Assembly: GCA_050084985.1 (NCBI GenBank)
Contig: JBITNC010000002.1
Span: forward strand, 34,224,001 to 34,288,000
Reading direction: 5' to 3'
From: Nageia nagi
Lineage: Eukaryota > Plantae > Pinophyta
DNA length: 64,000 nucleotides
How positions within the stretch are numbered: the first letter of the stretch is position 1; each line of letters opens with the position of its first letter. Under the pieces are notes generated by a model that worked only from the letters and a program-made list of their open reading frames with translations, had not been told where the DNA came from and did not search any database. Shown one piece after another: positions 1-13,448 of the stretch. The position numbers and the translations under genes were made by a program.

Positions 1-979
1 GTCATGTGTAAGGAAATTTGACAAAATGAAATAAATAAATTAATGGTGAAATGATTTTAAAATTTTAGCAATTTTATCCCAAAATACTTTACAAGTAATG
101 GTAGTAATATAATTTTTAAAGAATTGATTTATAAAGAATTATCCACTTGATATTTTTTTCTAAAAAATGTTAAAAATTATAGGTGACTTCAAAATTTTAG
201 TTTAAAATTTATAATTTAACTAAAACAATATTTTCAAATAAAGATTACAATAGAAACCATATGTCTTACAATCTTTACAATTGGATATGAATCCATTACT
301 TAATGTATAATATCGAAAAAAATATTTACAAGCACCTTGAGATTAGTATTATTAGTGACAATAGGAAAGAGATTCCTAACACCTTGAGATTAAGCACTTG
401 AACTCTTTTATGGATAATGGTTGGAGATTTGAGAATATAACACCTTGTTTCTCTCTTTACACCAGTGAGTCATAGCAATGTTATGCTCAAGACTATGGAC
501 CCCCACTTGTTTCTCAACTTAAACTCTAAATATTTGTTGAGTTGTTCATATTCAAATACTAGTTTTACAAAAATAACATTTGAAACAAATGAAGTATTAA
601 TTTCTAAACCACAAATTGAAATGATTACATTGTGAGTGCAGGCAAAGGGAGGTTAGAAGGCTAAGGTGAAGGGAAGGAACTCCTTCATATTTTAGAAAGG
701 ATTCTAAATGCATATTCAATAAAATTCTAATAGTACACAACATTGGATAGATTTCATATTTGGAATTCATTTTCATAATATGATGGAACTCCATTCCGTA
801 TTTACTATTCATCATTAGATGGATCTAAGTTAACTCTTAAACAGTTGATAACTTGAATGCAAATATGAAATCATACTAGCTATTTATAAAAAAGTTCTTA
901 TTCATTAAAATATGTGAAATATATTTTAACATTCTTAAAATATCATTTTTGTCCAGATGTTAGGTATAACTACACTAAA

Positions 980-1525
980 TATTAGAAGATGATCATTTGC
1001 TAAGCATAGAGACAAGAATCTATTTCTACCAAGATGAATATTTAGTTATAACAAAGATGAACATTTATTCTTTATCAAGATGAGCAACTTCTAATTATGA
1101 ATACTTATTATTGAGATGATCTATCCCTTATGAGCATACATGTATCTTCATATTGAGTAGATACTTATCTTCATTATGAATGGATGGTCATATTCATTAG
1201 AAGAAGACACTCACCTTAAAAAAGAATAGATGCTTTTCTTCATTAGAATCATATGATCATCTTGGTAAGGAGCATATGCCCATATTGATAAGGAGTAGAT
1301 TCTCATATTGATAAGGATCACATGCTCATCTTAATAAGGAGCAGATGCTTATATTGATAAGAAGAAGATACTCATCTTGATAAGGAGCATATGCTCATCT
1401 TGTTAGGAAGCATACACTCATCTTCATTAGAACCAAATTATTGTCTTAGTAAGAAGTATATTCTCATCTTGATAAGGAGCATACACTCATCTTGGTAATT
1501 AAGGAGCAAACACAAATCTTTATAA
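980..1525. repeat. Degenerate tandem array of ~21-23 bp units (consensus ~TCATCTTGATAAGGAGCATATGC)
   Basis: Repeated tcatcttgataaggagcatatgc / tcatattgataaggagtagattc variants, clearest at 1255-1520; units abut with no unique spacers. Confidence 0.85.
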
Positions 1526-4500
1526 ATAGAATCATGATAGAAATTCAATAAACATAGCATGCTTTTCATGTATTCTTAGTTAATACATATTAAATATATT
1601 CTAAGGTTTCTTCAACTATAAAATCTCATTCATTTCTCTATTTTTTTATGTTACATATGTCATTCTATCTTTGATTTCTTTCTCATGTATCCTTTCATTC
1701 TATTCTTTTTTGAAACTTTTCCAACATCTTCTTGAATACAATAATATCATCCTTTGTAACTCACTTCTCCAATGATGAATGTCCTATTTATTCAAAACAA
1801 TACTCAATTAAAAAAATTATGATAAATACATTTTTCAAAAAATTTTCTAACTCTCAGTTATGATATATCATGGGTAAGGGATTCTAGTCTTCTTAGAACT
1901 GCATTCATGAGCACATTTAATATTGATTTTGGCTTGATGGACATGATTACTTCCAAATATAACCATAAAATATATGAGATTTAAAGATATAAGATTTTTA
2001 TTATTGTTGATGATCAAATCATTTCATTTTCTTTTTAATAATCTGATGTGCATAAGTTAACGGGTCTCCCCTACAAGGATTGTGAACCTATTAGTTCAAA
2101 ATATCCCTTTTTAGATCCTAAAAAAATAGATAAAGAATACATTTAATCTCTATACAGAGTTTTTGACAGATGATTTTTCATAAATTATTCTATCTTAATC
2201 TATTATTTATTACTTAGTTTCTATTAATACTTATTTTAATTTCAATTTTAAAGTATTTATTTTCGTTTTGTAGTTAATTATAATCTTGTTGGTTTGGGTT
2301 TGAAAACTATACATGTATCCTACCCATGTTTAAAATTAGTTATCAAGTTTTTTTCAAGCAAGGATAATTTTGTAAGGGTGTTCATCAAACATTCCTTTCT
2401 ATGGATCATATTATATTGTATAATACCTTCTTTATTGAAAGAGATATGATTAGAATTCTTTCATTTATGAAAGAATTAGATCTAACCTTTTAAAGAATAT
2501 TTCTATAGCATCACCTCATAACTATATTTTCTGTATAAATTATTTAGCTACTTTTTTCTTTGAAGCATATTATAATTTGAAAGAAATAAATTCTCCAACT
2601 ATTATCCAAAGCTAAAGGAAGTTATATTTTCCAAGGAAGAAATACAAGTATTTTTAATTTTTTTTTCATTAAGTTTTTAGTTTGGTATAGGAAATTTGAG
2701 CTAACATTTTGGATTATATTTTTTTTGTAAAAAATAGTTCAAACTATGGCTTCATGGTGAAAAACTAGTGTTAAAGGTCTTCAACCAGAGAATTATGGAT
2801 ATTTTGAGTGCGATACACCTACTTTAGTATGAAAAAGTAAAATAAAAAGGAAAAAAATGTAGTTTTATCTATGAATGATACACCCTCAACATTAGTCCAC
2901 ATTTTACATAATCATGCATATTTTAAAACTCTATTTGATGAGGATGTTGAAGAAGTACAACAACCACAACCACAATAGTAGTCATTACCACAATGGCAAA
3001 AATAATAAAAATAATAATAATAATAACATGATATTTATTTTAATCTCATCATTTGATAATTCAAATACTATTAATTATTTCTAATGTGTTTCTTCTTATG
3101 TGTGTTATGAAGAGAAATTACAAGAGTTATCAAAACTCCCCATGAGAGGAAACTAACTTAAATTTATTAATGCCACCAAGTTCAACCACTAGGAGGAGGT
3201 GCAACCAAAAATATCATTTGATTGTTTCCCCCATACCCCTCCTAAGTCTTCTTGATATTCCTAGTCTATATGTATGTGGTATTTTACTTATTTTGGTATA
3301 ACCACTCTATATGATCCACAATTAGATAAAGACTTTTTTCTATAGGGCATGGCTCCATTGAGTTAAAATCCAATCGATGTTATGCAAAATCAAGAAGTTG
3401 AAGAGGTTCAAGTTACTTTTTTGAATGAATTTCATAATGGTAGTACTCCTTCACCTTCAACAACACCAACATCAGGAAGTCATCCTTTAATAGAGGATGA
3501 AAGTATACATTTTGAATTAACTATATTGGTAATAGCTCATGTGGAATAAATAATTAAAAAATCAATATTGAAAGATATTATGATAGCAAGGATGTGGGAA
3601 ATTTGAGCTTAAGTTTTGTATAAAAAAAACTTTAGCTTGATTTCCTAACTTTAGCAAGAAATCATATTAGTTTTATCCAATTAAAAATAAACCTAAAAAG
3701 CTACATACTTTATTCAATAAAGTCACTTTAGGTAAAATCAAAATCACAACTTCTTTAATAGATAATGAATTTGATCTTATTTTGAATAAGTTAGAAAATC
3801 TAAATATTGAAGTATATGAATACTTTAGTTAATGAAATCTTAACAAAGAAAAAGCTAAAACTATAGAGGTGAAAAAATAATTCTTGAAGTTATTATATAT
3901 TTTTTAAACATATATATTTCATGATCATGTTTGTGAATTTTTATTTGAAGAATTTGTCAGTAACATATTTAATTTTTAATTTGTAGTTCAATTATTTAAA
4001 TATCAGTTATTTACACAAGTAGGTGAATAAAGGAAAATGAAATATTCTAAGAAATTTTATCTAAGAAAAAGATTTATGAATTACTGATAAATAGTTATGT
4101 TGAGGATACAATTATGGTAAAAACTATTATTATACATACAATCTCAAATTTATTGAATTGATGGTGTTGCAAGAGCTATTGAATTGCATTGGATAAGGAA
4201 AATGACACCTACATAATAGGATAAGGAAATGATCATGTTCCAAGGTGTAGAAGGCTAACAAAAAAAGAGTTAATGTATTGGATGATGTAAATGAAATTTG
4301 ATGTTTTTATTGAGTTAAGAACAATATTCTATTTATCTATCGAAATGAATATTATTTTTAATGGTAGTATGTTGTAATGGAATTTACTATTTACAATAAA
4401 ATGATGGTTTGTTATAGAAATCATTCTTGGATAATGGGCTTTACTATTTTTTGACATGTTTACATATTCTTGTTTATGTGTGGTTTTGTACATTATATCT

Positions 4501-4529
4501 CTTTATAACATAGTAATTTAAAAATATAG

Positions 4530-4680
4530 GCATCTGCATAATGAAGACAACCATCTATATAGGAAAGATATGCACTTGCATAATGAACATGGCATCTATA
4601 TAATAAAGATGGGAATCTGCATTAATAATATGAGCATATGCATTAAGAAGATGAGCATCTTCATTACAATATTAGCATTT
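4530..4680. repeat. Tandem array of ~20-21 bp units (GCATCTGCATAATGAAGATGA-like), related to the reverse complement of the 980-1525 array
   Basis: About 7 units, e.g. gcatctgcataatgaagac, gcacttgcataatgaacat, gcatatgcattaagaagatga, gcatcttcattacaatatta. Confidence 0.7.
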
Positions 4681-5039
4681 CAAACAATTTAAAAAATACT
4701 AACATTTCAAAAATAAAGAATAATTTCAAAAATATTATTTTCATTTTGTAGTCCAATTAATTTAACATTTCACTATAAATAATATTTTAGAAAATATTCA
4801 TGAATAATAATTTTATCTTTAGTGAATAAAACTCAAACTAGAATCATCTCAAATAATAAGAACATCAAATATAAATTAATCTATTAAATTACAATTTACT
4901 ATATTCAATATGATAAAAATAGAAATTACACAAATCAAATTTTGTAATTTTAAAATAAATTCTTGGTTGGCTACTCGATAATATTTCCATGCACATTTAA
5001 ATTGAATCACAATTATATGAATATCTTCATCTTTTTTAT

Positions 5040-7150
5040 CATCATAGTTATTAGTCTTATTAACATTTCTTCTCTTTGCTAACAATTTCAAATATACCAT
5101 TCCTCTATCATATGGAAACTTGTAAATATCATAATAAGGGACTTATAATTGCAAACAATTCTTTAAATTTTTATCCAACCTATTTCAAAGTTTTTTCCAC
5201 AAAAGACAGTACGATAAATACTCTCTCATCTTCTACAAATCCTAGAATCGTTGTTTGATATAATTTATATAAATAAAAATACTCAAGCATGCAATTTATT
5301 GTAAAACTATGTTGGGATATAATTTCTTTCATAAATATAAAATTGTACATGTTTTTGATGGATCTACTAGCTATGGATATTGGTTAAACATAGTGGTACC
5401 AAAGACTCCTGATTGTTCAATCATTCTTTTTTATTCAAAATATCTAATATATTAACATCATTTACATAAAAATCTTATTAAAAATGATTGATAATAATAC
5501 TAATATATTTTATAAATGATTATCATGTTACATTATAGTCTAAACCAAGACTCTTGAATAATGGATTTACAACAAATATTACATCAAGTAGATCATCTCT
5601 TTGAAATCATTCTTTGATTTTATTTTTCAATGTATCTAATATGCTCCTTAATTTTATTCTTGTGTTACTTATAACTAATTATAATCTATTATATGTTATG
5701 GGAATCTTACAAAATTCATCTCCAAGGTAGTCTATATGTCTTTTAAAATAGTACATAGGTATATGTTTATCATGGATGCAAATACAAAGATCTCTTGTAA
5801 TGTTGAATTTAAAAAAAATATTTTTATCTTTGTAGTTTATAAGGACTTTTCAATCTTTAAATAATGGATTAGCAAAATTTCTCTCATACAACTTGTCAAT
5901 CTAGAAATATATTTGTTTTGTAATTCGAACAAAATCAATAGTATAAATTTGTTTTTTCTAAGAAAGTTTTATTGAAAGACTTATTTCATATAACATAGGC
6001 AAAATATCATATAACATGAGCAACGTCTCTAAATTCCTTATATAAAAATGTACATCTTTAGCATTTTCTACTACTCTTTTATTTTTAAACATAAACATTA
6101 TTAGAGATTGGTATTCTTTGAACATGCTTTTTAAAGGCTTATATAGTGAAATACATCTTGTATATATATATCTTTTAACATCTTTATACAATCTATTATT
6201 CCTCTTACAAACTCTTGAAACTTTGTAAATATTTTTGAGCTATTCATATAATAAGAATTAATCTCACAAATTAGATTTTCAACTTCAACAACATTTTCAT
6301 GTGTGCTCATAATTTTGTAAGAAAGATTTAGTCTATGTACCATGTAGTTAATGGGTATAAAGCATGGGGATACCATTTTTTGAATTCATACATACATATC
6401 ATTTCTATGCTCTTGTATGATAGAAACTATATCTGCTACCACATATATTAACTTTGTTGCAATTCAAACATCCTCCATATAAGATACTTCTTACAAACTT
6501 TTAATAACAAGATTGTAGAGATTCTCAACATTACAATTAGCTAACATTATAAATGTTTAAGAAAGTTTAGTTATCTCAAATTACCATCAAATATGTAAAC
6601 ATGCACATATATCCAATAAGTGTTGTCAATAACAGTAAACTCATCAAGCGAAAGGGAAATAAAGTTGGATTTTTTTAACTTTTTATCTAAGATCATTGAT
6701 TTTTACCAAATATATATATTTGGACATCTTCCAACCACTTTGATCTGAATAATGGCCACTAGGTAGGTTTTAAAAATTTGCATGTTTAAATAATATTTTG
6801 TAATCAATGAAATCACTCATAGGTTTATCCTTTTCAATATTATAAATATATCAGAAAATTATAAGGCCTTAAAAACTAAAATAGTATTTCACTATTTTTC
6901 AAATTGAGTAGTTATGGTTCCTCCCATCTCTACAAGGGTTTTTTTATCACTTTTGAAACTCAATCCATTCTTCAATTGTATCCTTCTTAAGTTGTATTTT
7001 GCATTCCCTACCCAATTTCCATGAACAAGAAACACATCTACATTATATTATTTGATCATTTTTTTTAATGTACTGGTTCAATAAATTCATATTTGAAAGA
7101 CCATTCATCCCTAAATGATCTTACAATAGCCCACTTTTTGTTACTTTTCC
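5040..7150 (-). pseudogene. Decayed hAT-superfamily transposase
   Basis: Minus-strand translation gives FISLSLDEFTVIDNTYWIYVHVY (first catalytic D, ~6590-6660), PCFIPINYMVHRLNLSYKI (degenerate CxxH/HRxNL motif, ORF 6131-6376) and TILGFVEDERVF (C-terminal dimerisation-type region, ~5220-5255). Many stops and frameshifts; TIRs not found. Confidence 0.75.
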
Positions 7151-7362
7151 TAATTCTTTTAGATTATTGTTAACTACATGGACTATATGCATAATTTGGG
7201 TCTTTACTAGAATAATTATTTGGAGTATTCTCTACCTAAAATTTGACTTATTCTAAATATAAATTATTGTTTATATAGTTATCAACTGTTAGTTTAGGTA
7301 TTTTTATCATCAAAAATATCTTACCTCTCAAGTTTTTGAGATTCAATATTTGTAGTATTTTT

Positions 7363-7610
7363 TACATTGATAATTAATCTATCAAATTAAGATTTTACTT
7401 TCTTAATTTAAAAATATACATGAAAGAGATTGATAAGTAGTGCACCTAGAATTTATTGATGTTTCCTTTTGAGTTGTTGAGGTTCAAGATTTGTCGTATT
7501 GTCTACATTGATAATTAATCTATCAAATTCAGATATTACTTTCATGATTTAAAACTATATATATGCAAAAGAGTGATTAGTAGTGCACCTAGAATTTGTT
7601 AGTGTTTTCA
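7363..7610. repeat. Local direct duplication, ~140 bp period
   Basis: acattgataattaatctatcaaatt...tagtgcacctagaattt occurs at ~7365-7455 and ~7505-7597. Confidence 0.85.
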
Positions 7611-7864
7611 TGATTGAGATTGATTTAAGAGGTTTAATAACCTTTTTCTAAGAGAATTTAGGCATCTCTATCCATTACCTTTTTATGTCATTTTTCCTAC
7701 CAAAAATAATATTAATATTACTAATGATATCTTTTAAATTAATTTAAAAAATACTTATTATGCTACAAAATTACAATCACCTTATCTTATCATTTTTTGT
7801 AAGAAATACTAGTCTTTAGTAATAAGTCACTCATCTTCAATAACAGTTCCCTCTACAAAAAACA

Positions 7865-8068
7865 ATCCAACATCTATAGAAGCAAGTCAAGCATCTGTAG
7901 AAATAAGTCAAGCATTTGTAGAAGTAAGTCAAGCCTCTATAAAAATAAATCAAGCATCTTCATGAGCTTATCGAGCTTATTCAATGTCAAGTCGAGCATC
8001 TTCAATCACAAGTCAAGCATCTTCAATCACAAGTCAAGCATCTTCAGTCATAAATCAAGCATCTTCAT
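7865..8068. repeat. Tandem array of 21 bp units (AAGTCAAGCATCTTCAATCAC / AAGTCAAGCATCTGTAGAAAT)
   Basis: About 9 consecutive units with an aagtcaagcatc core. Confidence 0.85.
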
Positions 8069-8099
8069 CTCTATGATAATATTCTAGAAAACAAAATTA

Positions 8100-8390
8100 A
8101 TGATTATCTTGATGATAAAAAATTAATAGCTAAAGGTCCAACATATTTTAGAATTAACCATTCAATAATAAATCCCAATTTTTACTTTTGAAAATATTGT
8201 TGAAAACTATCAAAATGATGAGGATCTATTTGTCTAGTTTGTGAATTTCAAAAAATCCTTTGATACTATGATCAAGCATCAACTTTTAAAGTGTATGATA
8301 AATTTAGAAATTCCTTCTAAACTAAGATTTCCAATTATAGGAATTATAAGTGAGTTCACAAAACTTAAAACTAGTCAAGGGTGGTATGAG
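8100..8390 (+). mobile_element. Non-LTR retrotransposon (LINE) reverse transcriptase fragment
   Basis: AKGPTYFRINHS...FVNFKKSFDTM matches the LINE RT motifs QAGFR...HST and FVDFRKAFDTV. Confidence 0.65.
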
Positions 8391-9599
8391 GAAATTAATT
8401 ATATTTACAAAAGTAAATTCAAAAACTAATTATATTGATTGATTAAGTTATTAAAGATATCCACAATTATGAAAATAATAATGAATTATTAAATGAAAAG
8501 AATAAAAATAGAACATTAAATATTTTTAACTAACGAATTATCAAGAGAAGAGATAAATTATCACACCTCATTAGAATAAAGATCATATATAAAAACTAAA
8601 ATGATGCTAAGAAGAGAAAAGTGTAAGAATAAATTAAGTATGAATGATTATGAATATAAGATTAAAGAAGTAAAAGAGATATATGAGAAACATATGATAT
8701 TATAACTATATCATAGAATGAGATAGTTTTAAAAGGTCACAAATATAGGAAAAAAAACAAAGCACCCTATATTATATGTATTTCCCAAAAATCTAAGTGG
8801 TATTTAATGTTGATTTGTATTAAAATCCTTATTGTTAATAAAAAAAATGATGCATTTATTACACTATTATTATTATTTCTTGTGTTTTAAAAGTTTTTCT
8901 ATACTACTTTGGACAATAAAATGAACCCTACTAGCTGAATTCATATTATTCACCATAATAACTAATAGTTCCATTATAAAGATATCCTTCGATAAGTTAT
9001 ATTGAGTAATTATTTTAAAATTATTATAATGTTTGATCTAAGTACTAGATTGAGTCATATCTAATTTTAAAAATAATTAATAAAAGAATTAGTATAGAAA
9101 AAATAAAAGTAGATAGCATAATTAATGGAAACAAGAGTTAATAATATTTTTAATATGAATTTGTTAATATATTTTAGAGTTAGCATTAAAACCAAAATAA
9201 TAATTTATTAAAATTAGAATTATCATAATATTATTATAGATTAAAATTACTCAATAGGAAAGATGATAATGATTAAAGCTATTCAATTGATCTTAACCTA
9301 TTAATCATAGATTAAATAAATATACAAATCTCTTACTTTACCTATTACGAGCATCACAAGAAATAAGTAACCCAAATACATGATGAACCTTTCCCATGAA
9401 GTGTGACCATCAATCCAACCTCTATGAAGTGCTACTATTCAACATGGAGCATTGTCACTCAATATCGTTTCCAGAAACCTTTAGATCCTTGGTTGTTATC
9501 GAGGATTTCTCCTCAAAGCTATGATTATTGTGCATGATGAATCATGTAGTATTCATAGTATAAAAATATACAAATATGATAGGTGGGATTAGCAAATAC

Positions 9600-9904
9600 T
9601 GATTGATAAAACCAATATATTTGCCACCTATCAAGTATTATGGATCATGTCATGATTTCTCATGCATAATCCTTCAACCTTTATATATAGCATTTCTAGT
9701 GCTAAGGCTCCTCCTTGGGCTTATAATACATAAGTGCCAAGACTCATTCTTGAACTTATCTTTGCATTGACCTATTATCATAAAATATAAAGTTAGTGAG
9801 TGTGCATAATCAAAAGAGCATTAAATCACTTAAATAAATAAATCATTTCAATTACCTAAAAGGTGTATTTTCATTAAATTAAAATTCCTTTTTAGATATT
9901 AATA
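9600..9904 (-). repeat. 3' LTR of the Tat element (alignable part)
   Basis: Aligns with 18320-18622 (ggatcatgtcatgatttc, aaggctcctcctt, aaaagagcattaaatcact, aaaattcctttttag); adjacent to the PPT. Confidence 0.8.
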
Positions 9905-12791
9905 GATGCCCCACTTTGAATATGATTTGATAGTTTTGAAACAAAAGGAAATCAAAGAATAATTCAAACTATAACAAGATCAAGGAAAAACTCCTTGAAC
10001 TATATCTTCATGGCAATGGTTTTGGATGCCCAAATTTTTACCAATATTGTATCCCCTCTTTGGCTTGGTTGCAATATGATTAACATCTCATCATGAGAGC
10101 AATCCAACATAAATAAGAAGGAACCTAAAATCAACTTAAAATAATATTTTTTTGACATATAATATCTCAAATAGAAACATTAAATATCATATCATATTAT
10201 GAATGAATTGTAAGAAATCAAACCTTTCCTTGATGGCTTTCTCATCAAGATTATATTTTTTTCAAGTTAAGAAGGACTTGATACATCACCATAGGGATGA
10301 GGGATTGGTTACACATCATAAGGTAAGAGGGATTTCATATTTTGAGTAAGTTAGGTGGCTTAATTAAATAGGATGTTAGTAGTAAAGCAAGACATAATGG
10401 ATTATGTACCTCTCATCATTATCAAAAAATGTACAAAAATATTATGATCCCTAATGGATGATGGACCTCTCATCACTACTTCCATAAATTATCAAAATAG
10501 AAGCTAATGGGATTGAAGGATTATGTACCTCTCATCAAAACTCATATCAATAATCAAGTAACAACATTAATCATCTCATAAAAGATAACTTTAACATACA
10601 CCACTCAATTGCATGTATTGGTAAAGAATAACTTAAATATATCCAGAATATTCATTCTCTTTAGTGGTTTGAGGTTGAATTACATCTAAATTTATCAAAT
10701 ATTATCTCAAATTTATGTCAGTATATTTCCTTAAATATATATCAATATATTACCTCAATATTAGTTCTTATACTTACTCTATAAGCCCATAAAGAATAAG
10801 GTAATTATTCATGCCAACCTTTACCATGTGTTACAACAATTTTACAAAAGATACAAGCTTTATAATTTTATGAGAAGCTTTAGCTTGACCAATTACATTG
10901 AGGATAATAAGGAGTATAAAATTTTCTTTAAATATGTTATTTTTTACAAAATTCTTTCACTTTATTACCTATAAAACAAGTACCATTTTCCATAGATAAT
11001 TTATAGAGAATACCATAACTAGAAATAATATATTCAACAGTAAAGTCAACAATCTTATCAACTTTTATTGATTCTATGGGAATAGGTTCTACTCATTTTG
11101 TAAAGTATTCAGTAGAAATTATTATAAGATTATGACCATATCTAGAAATAGGATTAAGTTTACCAAGAAAATCAAGTACCATAATAGACAAAGGCCACAG
11201 GGAAATAATAGAGTGCAATTTGTGTGAAGGTGAAGGTTAAAGTTTAGCATTATTTTATTATTATTCACTTTTATCAATTGTAATTAATAATCTTCAAGCA
11301 TATAAGATAAATAATAACCTAATCTAATCAATTTTTGATAAATCAATTTATCACTAAAATTACCCCACTCACCATTATGAGCTTGGTGAAGATCCATTTC
11401 TAGTTCATTTATCATTAAACATATAACAAGACCATCCTTAGAAGATCTTATATATAATAAATCACCATTGATAACATATTTTGAAGAAGCCAACTTTTGA
11501 AGCCTAATTCTTGCATTATGATTAAAATCATTAGGTATTATCCCATTATTTAAATAATAAAAGATATATTTATACCATTCACACCCATTAATGCATGTAG
11601 CAGAAAAATAATGATCCATAATAAAATCAATAACAACATATTCATGATAAGTTTTATCTAAATTTTTAATTATGAGGATAGTATATTCATCTTTAATATT
11701 ACTAGAAAAAAGAGAAGCAACACTATTCATAGCATCAATGTACTTATTCTTATCTCTTGGAAGTTTATCAACCTGACATTCCCAAAAATACATGAGAATA
11801 TCCATGACCATTTCCTTATATAGTTGCAATTTAGAATCTTTGATTTTTTATACCTAATTAACTTTTTTTTACCATCAATTGAGAATCACCAAAGATCTTT
11901 ATTTGAAGTACTTTCAAGAGTATAGATACTTTTAAGCCTAAAATTAAAGCTTCATATTTAACCATATTGTTAGTACAATCAAAAATCAACCTATAAGACA
12001 TAGGAATGACATCACCATAAGGATTAATCAAAATAATGTTTTTTATAGATTTATTTATGTACTTTGAACCATAAAAACAATTCTATTCCTCATTGTTAGC
12101 AAATCCATTGAACACTTCAAGGAAATTAGACTCATGATCTTAGTATCATTTCTTAGGTGGTGCATCATTGCTTAAGATACCTAAGGGTTGTGTACCCAAC
12201 TCATCACAAAATTCTCCTTTCATCATAGAATATTCATTTTGAGGATGATTTACAATAAAATCTATGATAGCTTATCCCTTGATCAAATTTTGAGTGAAAA
12301 ATACCAAGTTAAATTCTTGAAGCAACATTATCCATTTTGTAGCTCTTTTAGATAAATATGACTTAGACATCAAATATCTTAAAATATCATCTTGAGCTAT
12401 AATATATATTGTATTCTTTAGCATATAATGTCTAAGGTTTTTAATGGCAATAATAATAGAAAAAAAAATCAATTAAAATTCTGTTAATGTAGTGGATAGC
12501 TTTTTCTTTACCTTTATCATCTTTTTGTGTAAACATTATCCCTAACACTTAATGTGACTGAAACATAAAGAATACAATTTCTTTTTTAATCATAAGGAGA
12601 TAAAATGGGAGCATTATAAAGATAGTTATTAATGTTGTCCAAATCTTGTTGACACTTTCCATCCCACACAAACATTCACCCTTCTTTAGCAAATGAGAAA
12701 ATGGAGTAGTCATATCAACTAGTTGAGAAATAAATATTCTTATTTCTTGAGCTTTACCTTGAAGACTTCTTAGATCCTTCAAATTTTATGT

Positions 12792-13382
12792 TGATGCACC
12801 GTAAAATGTTCATAACTTTTGATCCGACCGTCGGATCGTATTGAAATTTTGAGGAGAGCTAGATATGGGTTTTTATCATGCGGTGGCAACCTCCTAAGGG
12901 AGGCATGCGTCCAAATGAAAAGTTTTCCGATTGACCTAAATCCATCGTTTAGTGCCTCAAAATTAGCTTTTAGTGTCAGTTTTCAGGATTTTTCAATAAG
13001 TAGACTTTAATATCTTTTGTTGTAAGAGTTTGTTTAAGATAATAAGTGAGAGTTCCTTTAGTCCTTGTTAACTGAGCTTGCATGCCCAGTTTGGCCATGA
13101 TCTGAGGACCTTTCTATTTTTAGAAAGTTTCCATTTGTCTATTTTTGGAAAGTTTCTATTTTTAGTAAGTACGAGTTTTTGGATAGTTCGTGATTTTCTG
13201 GAAGTGCAAGTTTTCTCTTGGCTATATGAGCTATTGTAATAGACCTGAAAAAAGGCAGTGCAGATTCAGAAGAATAAAATAAAGTGTGTGTTAAAAAAGG
13301 TTATTCTTCCATTGGTTTGCTTGTTATGTAAATCAATTACTTTTTGGAGATTTATTTGGATCTTCTAAGGGAATCTGCACCA
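12792..13382 (+). repeat. 5' LTR (591 bp) of the CRM-type element
   Basis: TG...CA termini, followed by the PBS; last 264 bp repeated at 15512-15775. Confidence 0.95.
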
Positions 13383-13384
13383 TT

Positions 13385-13396
13385 TGGTATCAGAGC
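13385..13396 (+). promoter_or_regulatory. Primer binding site complementary to tRNA-iMet
   Basis: TGGTATCAGAGC 2 nt after the LTR end. Confidence 0.95.
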
Positions 13397-13448
13397 GGGT
13401 GTGATCTCGCTGGGAAAAAAAAAAGGAAAGAAAAGAAAATTGAAGAAG

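Noticed and set aside
980-1525. CRISPR-like appearance of the short repeat arrays (also 7865-8068, 32945-33320)
   Set aside because: Units are degenerate and mostly adjacent, with no constant-length unique spacers, no cas genes and a eukaryotic context
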